This document shows positions 52,896-64,000 of a stretch of 64,000 nt of DNA, piece by piece (position 1 is the stretch's first letter; each line of letters begins with the position of its first letter). The notes beneath the pieces were generated by a model. It saw only the letters and a list, made by a program, of their open reading frames with translations. It did not search any database and was not told the DNA's origin. Location of the stretch: contig OZ024758.1 of the NCBI GenBank assembly GCA_964016885.1, positions 9,672,001-9,736,000 of the forward strand. Direction: 5' to 3'. Both the position numbers and the translations under genes were made by a program. The DNA is from Eledone cirrhosa. Lineage: Eukaryota.

Positions 52896-54097
52896 CAAGA
52901 GTTGGGACTCAAATCTTTATCTACTCTCCCAAGTATCAAGTACTCTGTTGAGTAATGGTCTAACCAGTTTTAAACTGGTTCTATCCTCACACACGCACAC
53001 ACATGCGAAGGGGGATGGAAGGAAGAAAAAAATATTGGGGAATTGGGGAGATGCATTGCATGTGTGGTACAGTTAAATAGAAAATAGCAGATTCAACAGT
53101 TTTATCTGCAGGAATGCTACCTTCAGAGCCATCTTAATGCACAGTGACTAAGAGAGGTTGGTATTCAGTAAAGCTATTATACTATTCTACCACACAATTG
53201 CTCATTTTTTTTCTTGTATGTAAACACTGCAACTATTAGCCTCAACCTCAGTATATTACAGGTAGTATTCTATCCATACCAGGTGTTTAAAGGGAAAGTT
53301 GATTGGAGGATTTGAAATACTTCAATTGACTATTCTACCATCAACATATCTTGATAGAATTAATTAGCAATTTTTAATTCTAAGTAAAATTCAAGACAGT
53401 TTAAACACATTAAACAAATGATTAAATTGGGTTGGGAGAAAAAAAATTGACAAGTGAAAATATTCAGTGAAAAATGTTGAAGTAAATTACAAAATAGAAA
53501 TAATATGAACAGGTTAAAAAAACAAAAGTGAAATATCTTGAATTACTGACTTAATTTCTAACATTTTACCAAGTAGAAGAGCACTAAAACAATCATAATT
53601 GTTTCTACTTTTGGCACAAGACCAGCAATTATCCCAGTGTATTACTGGTACTTTATTTTATCGACCCCGTAAGGATGAAAGGCAAAGTTAACCTCAGCAG
53701 GATTTGAACTAAGATCCTGCTGAGGTGAACTGTCTAATCACACGAATATACACACGAAACGACATTAAACATTACTATAAAAACTTATAAACTTACTAAT
53801 AATAATAATAATAATAATTGTAGTGAAAATAGGTTGAAAATGATGGCAGTTAAATACAGCAACATTTATAAAATTTTGTTAATCTGCTTATCGAAGTTAA
53901 ATTTTAATATCACTGATATTTTCTTCTTCCTCTTTTCAGAAGCATGGATTATCTTCAGCATGAAGTAAATACAGCTTGAGAAAATTTCAATCAACAAATA
54001 TTTTCTGACAACTCCCCCCCTCCCTCCCAACCACCAAAAAGACGACAACAACAACAACAACGACACCGTTTCTTAAATAAGCAAAGAATTCACATAC

Positions 54098-54229
54098 CAA
54101 TTGACTTTTAGCTTCCATAACAAGACAACAAAATGTAGAAAATGACACTGTTTCAGATCCATTCATAAGAGGTTGCATCCAACCAGTGTCTAACAGTTGT
54201 CCTGTTGTGTAGTGGAAAGCATCACACGC
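54098..54229 (-). CDS. raw: raw/olrn-1-like gene, internal exon
   Basis: tttcag acceptor, gtatgt donor, 44 codons: ACDAFHYTTGQLLDTGWMQPLMNGSETVSFSTFCCLVMEAKSQL (degenerate EF-hand-like). Confidence 0.8.
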
Positions 54230-54317
54230 CTGAAATAATCACAAAAACAAAATATTGAGTGCCATGTCAGAGAAAAGGTATTAAATCAAGAATATGCTAC
54301 CAATGTTTTTAACAGAA

Positions 54318-54900
54318 TCATCATCATCATCGTTTAATGTCCATCTTCCACGCTAGCATGGGTTTGGATGGGAGTTTTCCCCACTTGAGGCAAGATTTGT
54401 TGTCCTGCTCGTATAGGACTGTCTGGCGGGTTTTCTACGGCTGGATGCCCTTCCTAACACCAACCACGTTTACAGTGTGGGGCTGGGAGGTTTTTACCGT
54501 GTTGCCTACACGGCCACATTACAGGGTGGACTGTGTGGGGGGTTTTCTACGGCTGGATGCCCTTCCTAACACCAACCACATTTACAGTGTGGGACTGGGA
54601 GGTTTTTACCGTGTTGCCTACACGGCCACATTACAGGGTGGACTGTGTGGCGGGTTTTCTACGGCTGGATGCCCTTCCTAACACCAACCACATTTACAGT
54701 GTGGGACTGGGAGGTTTTTACCGTGTTGCCTACACGGTCACATTACAGGGTGGACTGTGTGGCGGGTTTTCTACGGCTGGATGCCCTTCCTAACACCAAC
54801 CACGTTTACAGTGTGGACTGGGAGGTTTTTACTGTGTTACCTACACGGCCACATTACAGCGTGGACTGTTTTTTTTGTTGCGACACCTACACAACCTCAT
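54318..54900 (-). mobile_element. SINE/RTE-tail element with an internal 112-bp tandem amplification (about 4 copies)
   Basis: (CAT)n-gtttaatgtccatcttccacgc tail, 112-bp period. Related tails at about 27690, 29215, 29650, 39485, 55960, 58990 and 61755. Confidence 0.8.
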
Positions 54901-55106
54901 TTGTTTCGGGCTGGATGTTGTGGCACCAACATAACTTTACATTGAAAGGGGTGGTGTGGATGGGGTTAGTGGGACGGGGGTGTATTTTGTTAGAGGTGCC
55001 TACTGACTGTAGTAGGTTCCATATTTCAGTTCGCTATCAGGAATAGGTACCAGGACATTTCTTTGGTATATCTTGCCAGTATATTTGGAGTCCAGTTCTG
55101 ATTGCA

Positions 55107-55600
55107 GTGTGGTTGTGCGTGCATGGTAGTGCAATTGTGCGTGTGTGTGGTTGTGCGTGCATGGTAGTGCAATTGTGCGTGTGTGTGGTTGTGCGTGCAT
55201 GGTAGTGCAATTGTGTGTGTGTGTGGTTGTGCGTGCATGGTAGTGCAATTGTGCGTGTGTGTGGTTGTGCGTGCATGGTAGTGCAATTGTGCGTGTGTGT
55301 GGTTGTGCGTGCATGGTAGTGCAATTGTGTGTGTGTGTGGTTGTGCGTGCATGGTAGTGCAATTGTGCGTGTGTGTGGTTGTGCGTGCATGGTAGTGCAA
55401 TTGTGCGTGTGTGTGGTTGTGCGTGCATGGTAGTGCAATTGTGTGTGTGTGTGGTTGTGCGTGCATGGTAGTGCAATTGTGCGTGTGTGTGGTTGTGCGT
55501 GCATGGTAGTGCAATTGTGCGTGTGTGTGGTTGTGCGTGCATGGTAGTGCAATTGTGTGTGTGTGTGGTTGTGCGTGCATGGTAGTGCAATTGCGCGTGC
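55107..55600. repeat. 38-bp minisatellite (about 13 copies)
   Basis: Unit gtgtgtggttgtgcgtgcatggtagtgcaattgtg(c/t)gt. Confidence 0.92.
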
Positions 55601-58600
55601 GTGCGCGTGTGGCAGTGCTGTTGCGTGTGCGTGGCAGTGCGATTGTGTGTGCGTGGCAGTGCGATTGTGTGTGCGTGGCAGTGTGCGTGTGCGTGTGCGT
55701 GTGCGTGTGTGTGGCAGTGTGGTTGTGTGTGTGGCAGTGTGGTTGTGTGCAGTGTTATGCAATGTATGTGGCAGCGTGGTTGTGCTTGTGCAGTGTGTGC
55801 ATGCATCTGCATGTAACAGCTTTTTCAACATTAAAACTATAGTATACAGAACTACCACAAAAAGTTGCCACACTATTTACAAGTCAACATGGGTGCGTGA
55901 CATGTTAGAAATAGCATCCAAATATGCCTCTACCATCATTAACCCCTTTAGTATTTACATTGTAAATGTGGTTGGTGTTAGGAAGGGCATCCAGCCGTAG
56001 AAAACCCGCCAGACAGTCCTATGCGAGCAATGACAACCACTCTTGCCTCAAGTGGGAAAACTCCCGCCCAAACCCATGCAAGCGTGGAACATGGACGTTA
56101 AACGATGATGATGATGATTATATTTGCCATTGTATTTTCACAATAAAGGCTTTACCTCACATAATTATCTCAATATTGAATCCACGAGATTCTGAGAACA
56201 ATACTGTTTATGGTTGGTTTACACAGAAAGAGGTGAGAGAATTCTGGCCAGATACACAGAGGGTTTAAATGTTAAAGGGTTAAAAGAAGTTAACACAATG
56301 TAACAAAGAAAACACACTATGGAGGAAACGACTGATCAAGGTCAACTTGATCAATGCTGATCTTGGCTAAACAATAACTGAAAATATTCAAAAAATGCCA
56401 AACAGAAAAAAATAGCTTTTCATGTAGGTGGCATAATGGTGGATTAAAAACTGCCATTAACATAGCTTCTACTTACGTCAGTTTACCTATCTAACAACAG
56501 GCTCTATAGGTATTGTACTATTGTACTCTTTTCTATGCACAGTTAAGAGGTTAGTGGTAGGAAGTATGCTAAGTGTTTAAATTTACTAAAAACATGGATG
56601 TGAAACAGTGATACAGAAATTAAAAAGAAAAAAAAAAAAAAAAAAAAAAAGTCTTGCACATTTTAACTGAAAATCTTAACAGATGAAGTGTGCATTAAAG
56701 AAGTTTCTGTTGCCATATGTTTAGAGTCAAATATTTCCAGTAATTCTCAATACTCGTGCTAGCACCTCTTCTAAAAACAGGCAAATTTGTCCAATTTGTT
56801 TATCTTTTTTTGTTTTGTTTTTTTTCTGTGTTTTTATTTCCCCTACAAATAGCCATCTTGTTTGAATGAATCTAGTTCTGTGTTAAGAGTTAATGCAATT
56901 AGCTATCATTTGCATTAGTTCACTAAAAACTACTATCAGGTTATATTATATACAAATTATATTCTTGTAGAAGTACTAGCAGGTTCAGCAGGCTAATTGT
57001 TTTCTCTAAACCACTTAAGTGATGTACTTCCTAGTCACAAGAAGATGTTTAGTATAATAGTTAAGGAATCAAATTTTAATCATGTTCTCGGCTTAACATA
57101 TCTCGTACATACTCATTATACAGAAGAAAAAACCCAAAACATTGAAGTGGTGGTAATAGTGCATTTTTAAAGTGATATTTTAATATTTAATATGTACCAA
57201 TAAAACTAAGATATTAGGAAATACAAGGACATTCTTGATACTGCAATATAATCGTTTAAAAAAATGCCTTTTACAAAAAGCTTTGAAAAGCTACTTCACT
57301 TTAGCTGTGAATTCTTTCAGAGTGAACATTTTTCAGGAAAGGAAGTGAGATTTTCATATTTAGAAATATTAAGTATTTGTTTAAAAATTTAAAAACATTT
57401 TATCAGCAGTGTAAAATCTTGAAATATTCATACCAAAACTAGAATAAAGTAACAAAATATTTACAAACAAAAATGTCCTTCATAGCTATAGTACTGTAAG
57501 AGTCACCATGTTATCTTAAAGTTAGCTGAATACATAACATTCAAGTAGACTGAATAGAGAAGCAAAAGAAATAGATAATCTTCAGAAATCTAATCAAAAT
57601 TGGAGCATTTATAAATTTTGTTCAGTCATGTTAATGTCAATATTTAATTGAAAAGAAACTATTTCTAGTTAGGGAATGTATTTACAATCATCAAATATAT
57701 GATGATTAAGTTAACATAATTCAATTTTCAAACATTTCATTCCTGTTTAAATACATTTGTTATTTCTAAATTTCCAATTTCTTATGTTCTATTTCTGAAA
57801 ATCCTATATAAAAAAAAAAAAAAGGTATAAAATTGCAGATGTATTTTTTAATGAATCACAGAAATATGAAGTTCAAACAAAATTTCAAAAAATTATGAAA
57901 TAAAATTGTTTGATAATTTCTTTTATAAAGTAAACTGCCAAGCCTCAAAATACAAATACTGATCTATACAGCAGTGTCTCTAAAGATTTTCACCAACATA
58001 AAATGTAATATACATACATAACACCTGTCCACAAAGCTAATGTATACAAAGACATCTGCCTACAACATACAGCCAACACTGTACATTGTAATCTATAATC
58101 TTAAGTACAAAATAGCATTGAAACAAGAGATTTAAAAAGAAAACCATACAGGCAGTACCTAGTCACCTGACCAGTCAGACCTCAGTACGTGATAGCTGTC
58201 TAACCTATGTAAGCTTAGAAAATAGATGTTAAACAGAGACAATGGTAGAGGTAGATAAATGTGAACTGTTAAGTATAAGGAGGATATTTTATTATGATAA
58301 AAAGGGATTAAAGTAAATGTCATGGAACCCATTGACACATTGATGAAGACTTTGACAAGCAGTGTATTTAGAAAGAGGCCCTCCTGCTCTAAGCTAACTA
58401 CATTGACAGGACTTGAGATCAGAATTACAAAGGAAATGAAATGATCATTGACCCTTTTGATACATAACTGGTTCCACGATACAAAACTTTCATTCAAAAG
58501 TGTTTATATTTATCTTAAAACTTCCATCATAATTTTATGTAACAACTTTGTTAGGTTATATTCCAAACACCAGCTTAATGAGAAAGTTATATTATTACAT

Positions 58601-58606
58601 CTCTCC

Positions 58607-58786
58607 GGTGGCAGTATCGGTAGAGGGTCGGATGCCATGCTTTGATGCATAGAGTTATGGCCCTTGCCATTCTGAGTTCAAATCCAGCCGAGGTTAACTT
58701 TATTTTATCGACCCTGTAAGGATGAAAGGCAAAGTACCAGTAATTCACTAGGTATTTGCTGGCCTTGTGCCAAAAGTAGAAAATTA
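58607..58786 (+). mobile_element. SINE family A with internal micro-inversion
   Basis: Consensus head and tail, core segment reversed. TSD attattacatctc. Confidence 0.8.
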
Positions 58787-59265
58787 TTACATCTCCAAAT
58801 TATTGATTATTTATCAAATTATTTGAAAACCATAGGCAGTGTCTCAGAAATATGGTAATCTTCCAAACACTGGATTGCTAACAACAATTTTTACTAAATT
58901 TCTTAAAATTTTATATTTTCGAAATTAATTGGAAACTAGAGGCAAATACCAAAGAAATATGGTAATGAAAGGGTTGAAGAACTGAAATCATCATCATTTA
59001 ACGTCTATCTTCCACGCTAGCATGGGTTTAGACAGGAATTTCCCACGTGAGGCAAGATTGGTTGTCTTGCTCGCAGAGGACTGTCTGGCGGGTTTTCTAC
59101 GGCTGGATGCCCTTCCTAACACCAACCACGTTTACAGTGTGGACTGTGAGGTTTTTACCGTGTTACCTACACGGCCACATTACAGCGTAGCAGTAATGTG
59201 GCCGTTAAATCAAATAGTAGCAGTAATACAGAAAAAAAGAAGTTTAAGAGTTAAAGAATTGTTAC

Positions 59266-59326
59266 CTGTTTATAAGCGAGTGTGTCTGCTCCTTCACTGT
59301 ATTGAACAAACACTTCCCACAAATAT
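59266..59326 (-). CDS. raw: raw/olrn-1-like gene, most 5' exon found in the window
   Basis: poly-T gcag acceptor, gtaac donor. YLWEVFVQYSEGADTLAYKQ, ends in phase 0. Confidence 0.75.
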
Positions 59327-59337
59327 CTGCAAAAAAA

Positions 59338-59368
<31 letters not shown>

Positions 59369-60069
59369 TTAATTGTTAATGAGAATTTGTTGAGAACTTT
59401 ATTGAGATGAAAAAAAAAAAATATTTAGGTCTTTGTTGGTCTACCTCTATTGTAGTACAATAGAGGTAGACCAACAAAGACCTACAGCATTTCTTGAGCA
59501 TTTTAAAGCCTCATGGAGCCCAACCCTTTCCAGGTATGAATACAGCAGATTTCTTCCAGAGAAAGATAGAAAGTAAGAGAGAGGAAATGAGAAAGGGATA
59601 TAGAGGAAGAATCGACTCCAGTACTAGACTGGTAGTATTTTTTATTGACCTCAAAAGGATGAAAGGCAAAGTTGACCTCGGTGGGACAAATACAAAGCAT
59701 TCTATCCAACATTCTAACGACTGCCAATTTGCCGCCTATGGAAGAATAATTTTGTTAAACTATGTACTAATTGCCAGCTTAATAAAATATTTACTTATTT
59801 AGTTAAGTTCCTTCAATTGCTGACTATTTTCAAAGTTAATTGAAAAACAGTTAAAGAAACTAATTTAACACTAAGGGGCGCCGCCAAAACACCGCTCTGA
59901 CCAAGGTGTAGAGCATATCACACTCTCCCTTTTCATCCATTGCCTAATAGTCCTTGCTCTTTCCATCCCTTTCCTCTCATTTTTGGCATTTATAGTCCTT
60001 TCCAATACTGCTTTCTATTTCTGTGTTTGACTAAATACTAAATTATTTTTATGTAATTCTATCCTAGGA

Positions 60070-60105
<36 letters not shown>

Positions 60106-60602
60106 CATCCAGCCATAGATACCAAACTAGAATCAGTTCTGCATGAGCATGACACGGTCATCTACCCTAGCTTGTCTCACAACAGGACAACTTGTCCAAC
60201 CCATGCTAGCATGGGAAAAAAAAAAAAAATGGACATTAAATAGTGATCATTAGAATTTTGAAATTTGATAGACAGTTGACCATTCACATACACACTAAGT
60301 TTCTATCTTCAACAATAAAATATTTTAAAACCATCAGAATGAATTATAAGCAATAAAGCTTTCTTAAATTATTGAATAGAAAATGTCAGTTTTTTTTTTA
60401 TTAACACAATTATCATTCCTGAATATAAAAAATAAGAGCTTACTGTAGAGAATGCCCTAATCTCAGATGTCCATGTTTTACTGGCCTTGCACCATCATTT
60501 GAGGATAATTGTTGTACTTTAATACGCTACAAGAGAAAAGAAATAAGAAAATCAAACAATTGCAGCTTAACTGAGATAAAAACAAATATCTTAATTGTAA
60601 TT

Positions 60603-60790
60603 AATTGTTTCTACTTTAGGCACAAGGCCAGCAATTACCCAGTGCATTACTGGTACTTTATTTTATCGACCCCGTAAGGATGAAAGGCAAAGTCAACCTC
60701 GGCGAGATTTGAACTCAGATCGTAAAGGGACGTAACTATGCTGGAAAGCATGGCGTCCAACCCTCTACCGATACTGCCAATCCACCGCCC
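60603..60790 (-). mobile_element. SINE family A
   Basis: Full copy, TSD taattgtaattaat. Further partial or decayed copies near 2670, 4405, 14066, 16670, 43590, 52475, 53597, 59610 and 63730. Confidence 0.85.
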
Positions 60791-60894
60791 TGTAATTGTA
60801 ATTAATAGGAGTTAATTAGATTAATAACTTAATTTACATAACTTGTAAATTCCAATATATTGATGTTTCCTATAAAACTTAAATGTTAGAGATA

Positions 60895-61276
60895 TTAACT
60901 CTTAACCTCCTATACCACACATAACTGACAGTGAAACATTCTTATAAAGAACAAAACAGCACTGACTCCATCACATGAAAAATTAAAGCATTTACCTAAG
61001 GCGGGCTGGCTGAAAAGTTTATAGGCTAACTATAAATGAGTGATGCTAGAGCTGTAAAATCTTGCATGTATTATTTCTTTCCAGGAACTATGTTGTAAAA
61101 TAAACCTCATTTGGTCATTCCATGAGAGTATCGTGGTCAGCTTATGAACTTTTCAGCCGACCCTAGTAGAGCAAATTTTTACAATGATCTGTGTCCACTA
61201 GTAAAGATATAAACATTTGAACTGATAAACCCGTTTTAGGGTATTTTCTGTTAAACTACAAGATGTTAAGAGTTAA
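60895..61276. mobile_element. Second copy of the composite TTAA MITE plus mariner-type MITE
   Basis: Same outer TIRs and same inner element at the equivalent position. Confidence 0.7.
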
Positions 61277-61834
61277 ATGTTAACTTAAGCAGGCATACTT
61301 TGTCACTGTGCTTTCATTACACATGAAAACTAACCTTTCATTAATGTTTGTTTAAGATTTGTTTCAATATTACGAAAATAGTAATAGCAGCAAAACAAAA
61401 ATAATTAACAGGACAGAATACAAGCTAAAAGTATTGCAGTTATAGTGCATTAAACAGTGCTCCAATGTTATTATGTAAAGTGCATTTCTACAGTCAAGAA
61501 CAATTTAAAATACTACATCTGTAACTTAAGTGATGGTTTTGAACATTATACTGATAACTATAATACTAGAAGACATTCGGAGAACATCTTATTTTAGGCC
61601 GACAATTTACACTACAGTGTATATGGCTAAGAAATTTGGTGTTATACAAAAATGAAGCACAGATAGAATTTACAACGTAGGGGGAAATACAATGAAAGCT
61701 GCTAAATCTGTATGAAACACTATTGAAATCTCTCTCAAATTAGATGAGACACTGTCCGTCCAAACCCATGCAAGCGTGGAAGATGGACGTTAAACGATGA
61801 TGATGACTAAAAGAAGTTCAATAATTGAAAAAGG

Positions 61835-61867
<33 letters not shown>

Positions 61868-64000
61868 ATGGTCATTGTTAGAATGCCTTTGACTAATGTT
61901 CTTGAAAAAGCTGAATTGGGGATAAACAATTACTGAAAGGTATCAAACATAAGTATGAGATGTGTTGAGTGAATCAAAGAGACATTTAACCAATAAAACA
62001 TGAAACAAGGAGTTCAAATATTTTGATACCTGCAAAACATAAGTGATAAAAGGATTAGTATTAGGAAGGGCTGTAAAACTGCCACAAAAAGTCCCATCCA
62101 ACTCGTGCCAATATGGAGAAGTTGCCCTAAAAAGAACAATAATGATACACACTACACACGATGGGAAAATCATATATTGAACCCGAGATAATAAGTGAGG
62201 AACGACGATATCGTGGTCAGAGAAAACAAACAAAATGATAACTTTTCAACAGAAATAGATCATACATAGTACATTGAACAAAAAGTAGTTAGCAAAAAGT
62301 CATTTCAACTTACTTGCATGAAGAAGCAGTGTATATATTGTTGAAAAAAAAAAAAAAAAAAAAAAAAAGAATCTAAACAGAGGTTACATGAAGCAGAAAG
62401 TATGAGCAGTGTACCGAGTTTTAACCCCATATATAAGTAAAATATAATACATGTTAGATTGGGGTTCACTAACAAAACCCACAAGAGTGCCAATATAGGG
62501 GAGGAGAGAATAAAGAAAAAAGAAATGAGGAGAAATGTTGAAAATGTCTAAATGACACCATTTACAATATAAACAGCAGGTAGGGGTTTTACTGTATCGA
62601 TACAATGGAGCACTTAGAGACAAATGTGTTGCTATGGCAGCTGGCAACTTCAACAGAGAGAACAGCAACTTTTTCAAGAATCACAACAATGTGAATCATT
62701 AATAGAAGTGAAACCATTGTTAATGCAGGTATAGTGTGGAAAAACAAAAACAAGTCAAAGGGTATAAGGAAATTTAGCAATATCAGCTAACTTTTCCATC
62801 GATATGTCTACTAAATATACTAATGCATGCCAACAGTATAGCAGTTACATTCCCTACCCACTTTTCTTCAGTTTGTATAGGTTTACACGAGAAAATTCTA
62901 TTAGAATCAATAATAACTTTCCATAATAGTTATTGCTGGTTTCCTTTTTTCTATGTGAAGGAATATTGGTCAAGTAATATTTATAGCTTGCTAATATTCT
63001 AAATGGCTTTATGGAGCTGTTTAGTGTTCAGATCCACAAATTTATATATTACAATATATGACTTCAATGTACGTTTTAGTTGCTTCCTCCCTGGTGTCTT
63101 AGGCTGACAGCTCTACATGATTCTTTCATTTTGTACATAAGTAGTCATTTAATTTTGACCTAACGTGAATCATTTAACCTTTTGTTACTAACCTGGCCAA
63201 AACCAGCTCTGGTTTTATAAAATAAAACCACACATTTTAAAAGGTTTCCAATGTATATTAAAATCTTCCAACAATTTTATATAAGAACCTTACATTAAGT
63301 GACTATCTAAGTAATGAAATGATTAATAGTTTTAGTAAATCCCTCAAAATTCTTTAATTGAAAGTGTATTTCATTAGAAATACAGTCATGAAAGGGTTGA
63401 ATCAGGTCAGCGTATTATGACAAGCTCAGTTTTTATATTTTCTATGGTCAGTGATTACGCCATCAGTAGTTTATAGGTAATAATTTCACTAAACACACAA
63501 CTGAAGCAAATGGGACAACCACATGACACAGTTTGGTTCTTTGTGATGATTAACACATCCGAGATGTAAGGTCTCCATGTCTTAACATTGAAACAGGAAG
63601 GTTTACTCTACAAAGGCTCTTTCTAATAAGAAAACTTATAGAAGAATAAGCAGATGTTCCTCACCAACTCTTCATTCAGTAGGAAACCAAAAGTCTGTGG
63701 CCCATCAGAGTTAATATTGTGGGATAAATGGCAGTAGATTAACAGAATTAGATCAGACAAAATACTTATTTAGTTACAGTTCTTTATATTCTGAGTTCAA
63801 ATCCTGTCAAAGTCAACTTTGCTATTCATTGTTTTGGGGTTGATAAAATATAGTACATTTCCCCACTCCCCAAATTGCAGGCCTTGAAACTGTGGGATAA
63901 AGAACATCCCAGTAATACAATTTCAGATCTTTCAAAGAAAATGCCACATCTATAACATTGTCAAAACTACATTCCAAAAACCCAGCTTCCTCTTCAGGGA

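Noticed and set aside
62305-62345. Additional upstream raw exon (GTAAGT donor on -)
   Set aside because: No AG acceptor after the poly-T tract and no recognisable peptide.

Overview
AT-rich, microsatellite-dense eukaryotic DNA. It is most consistent with an octopod cephalopod, an inference from the SINE families, repeat landscape and TTAGGG. Two convergent intron-containing genes are present, both 5'-incomplete. On +, the last four coding exons of a PDZ/coiled-coil scaffold of the tamalin (GRASP)/CYTIP family lie at 5877-15351. On -, seven coding exons of a raw/olrn-1-like NDT-domain gene lie at 59326-47289. The rest includes a near-full-length CR1-clade LINE (PHD-finger ORF1, APE-RT ORF2) head-to-head with a truncated relative, decayed RTE LINEs, two tRNA-derived SINE families, TTAA- and TA-type MITEs, a Helitron-like element, minisatellites and a small inverted telomeric tract. 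The least expected signal is several distinct families of short, often fold-back elements, mostly in (TA)n tracts, carrying complete or half type I hammerhead ribozyme motifs (Penelope pLTR/retrozyme-like). Two of these lie in sense orientation in introns of the PDZ gene. Nearly all IY/HT/CV-rich ORFs in the supplied track are microsatellite artefacts. All alignments and folds were done by eye.
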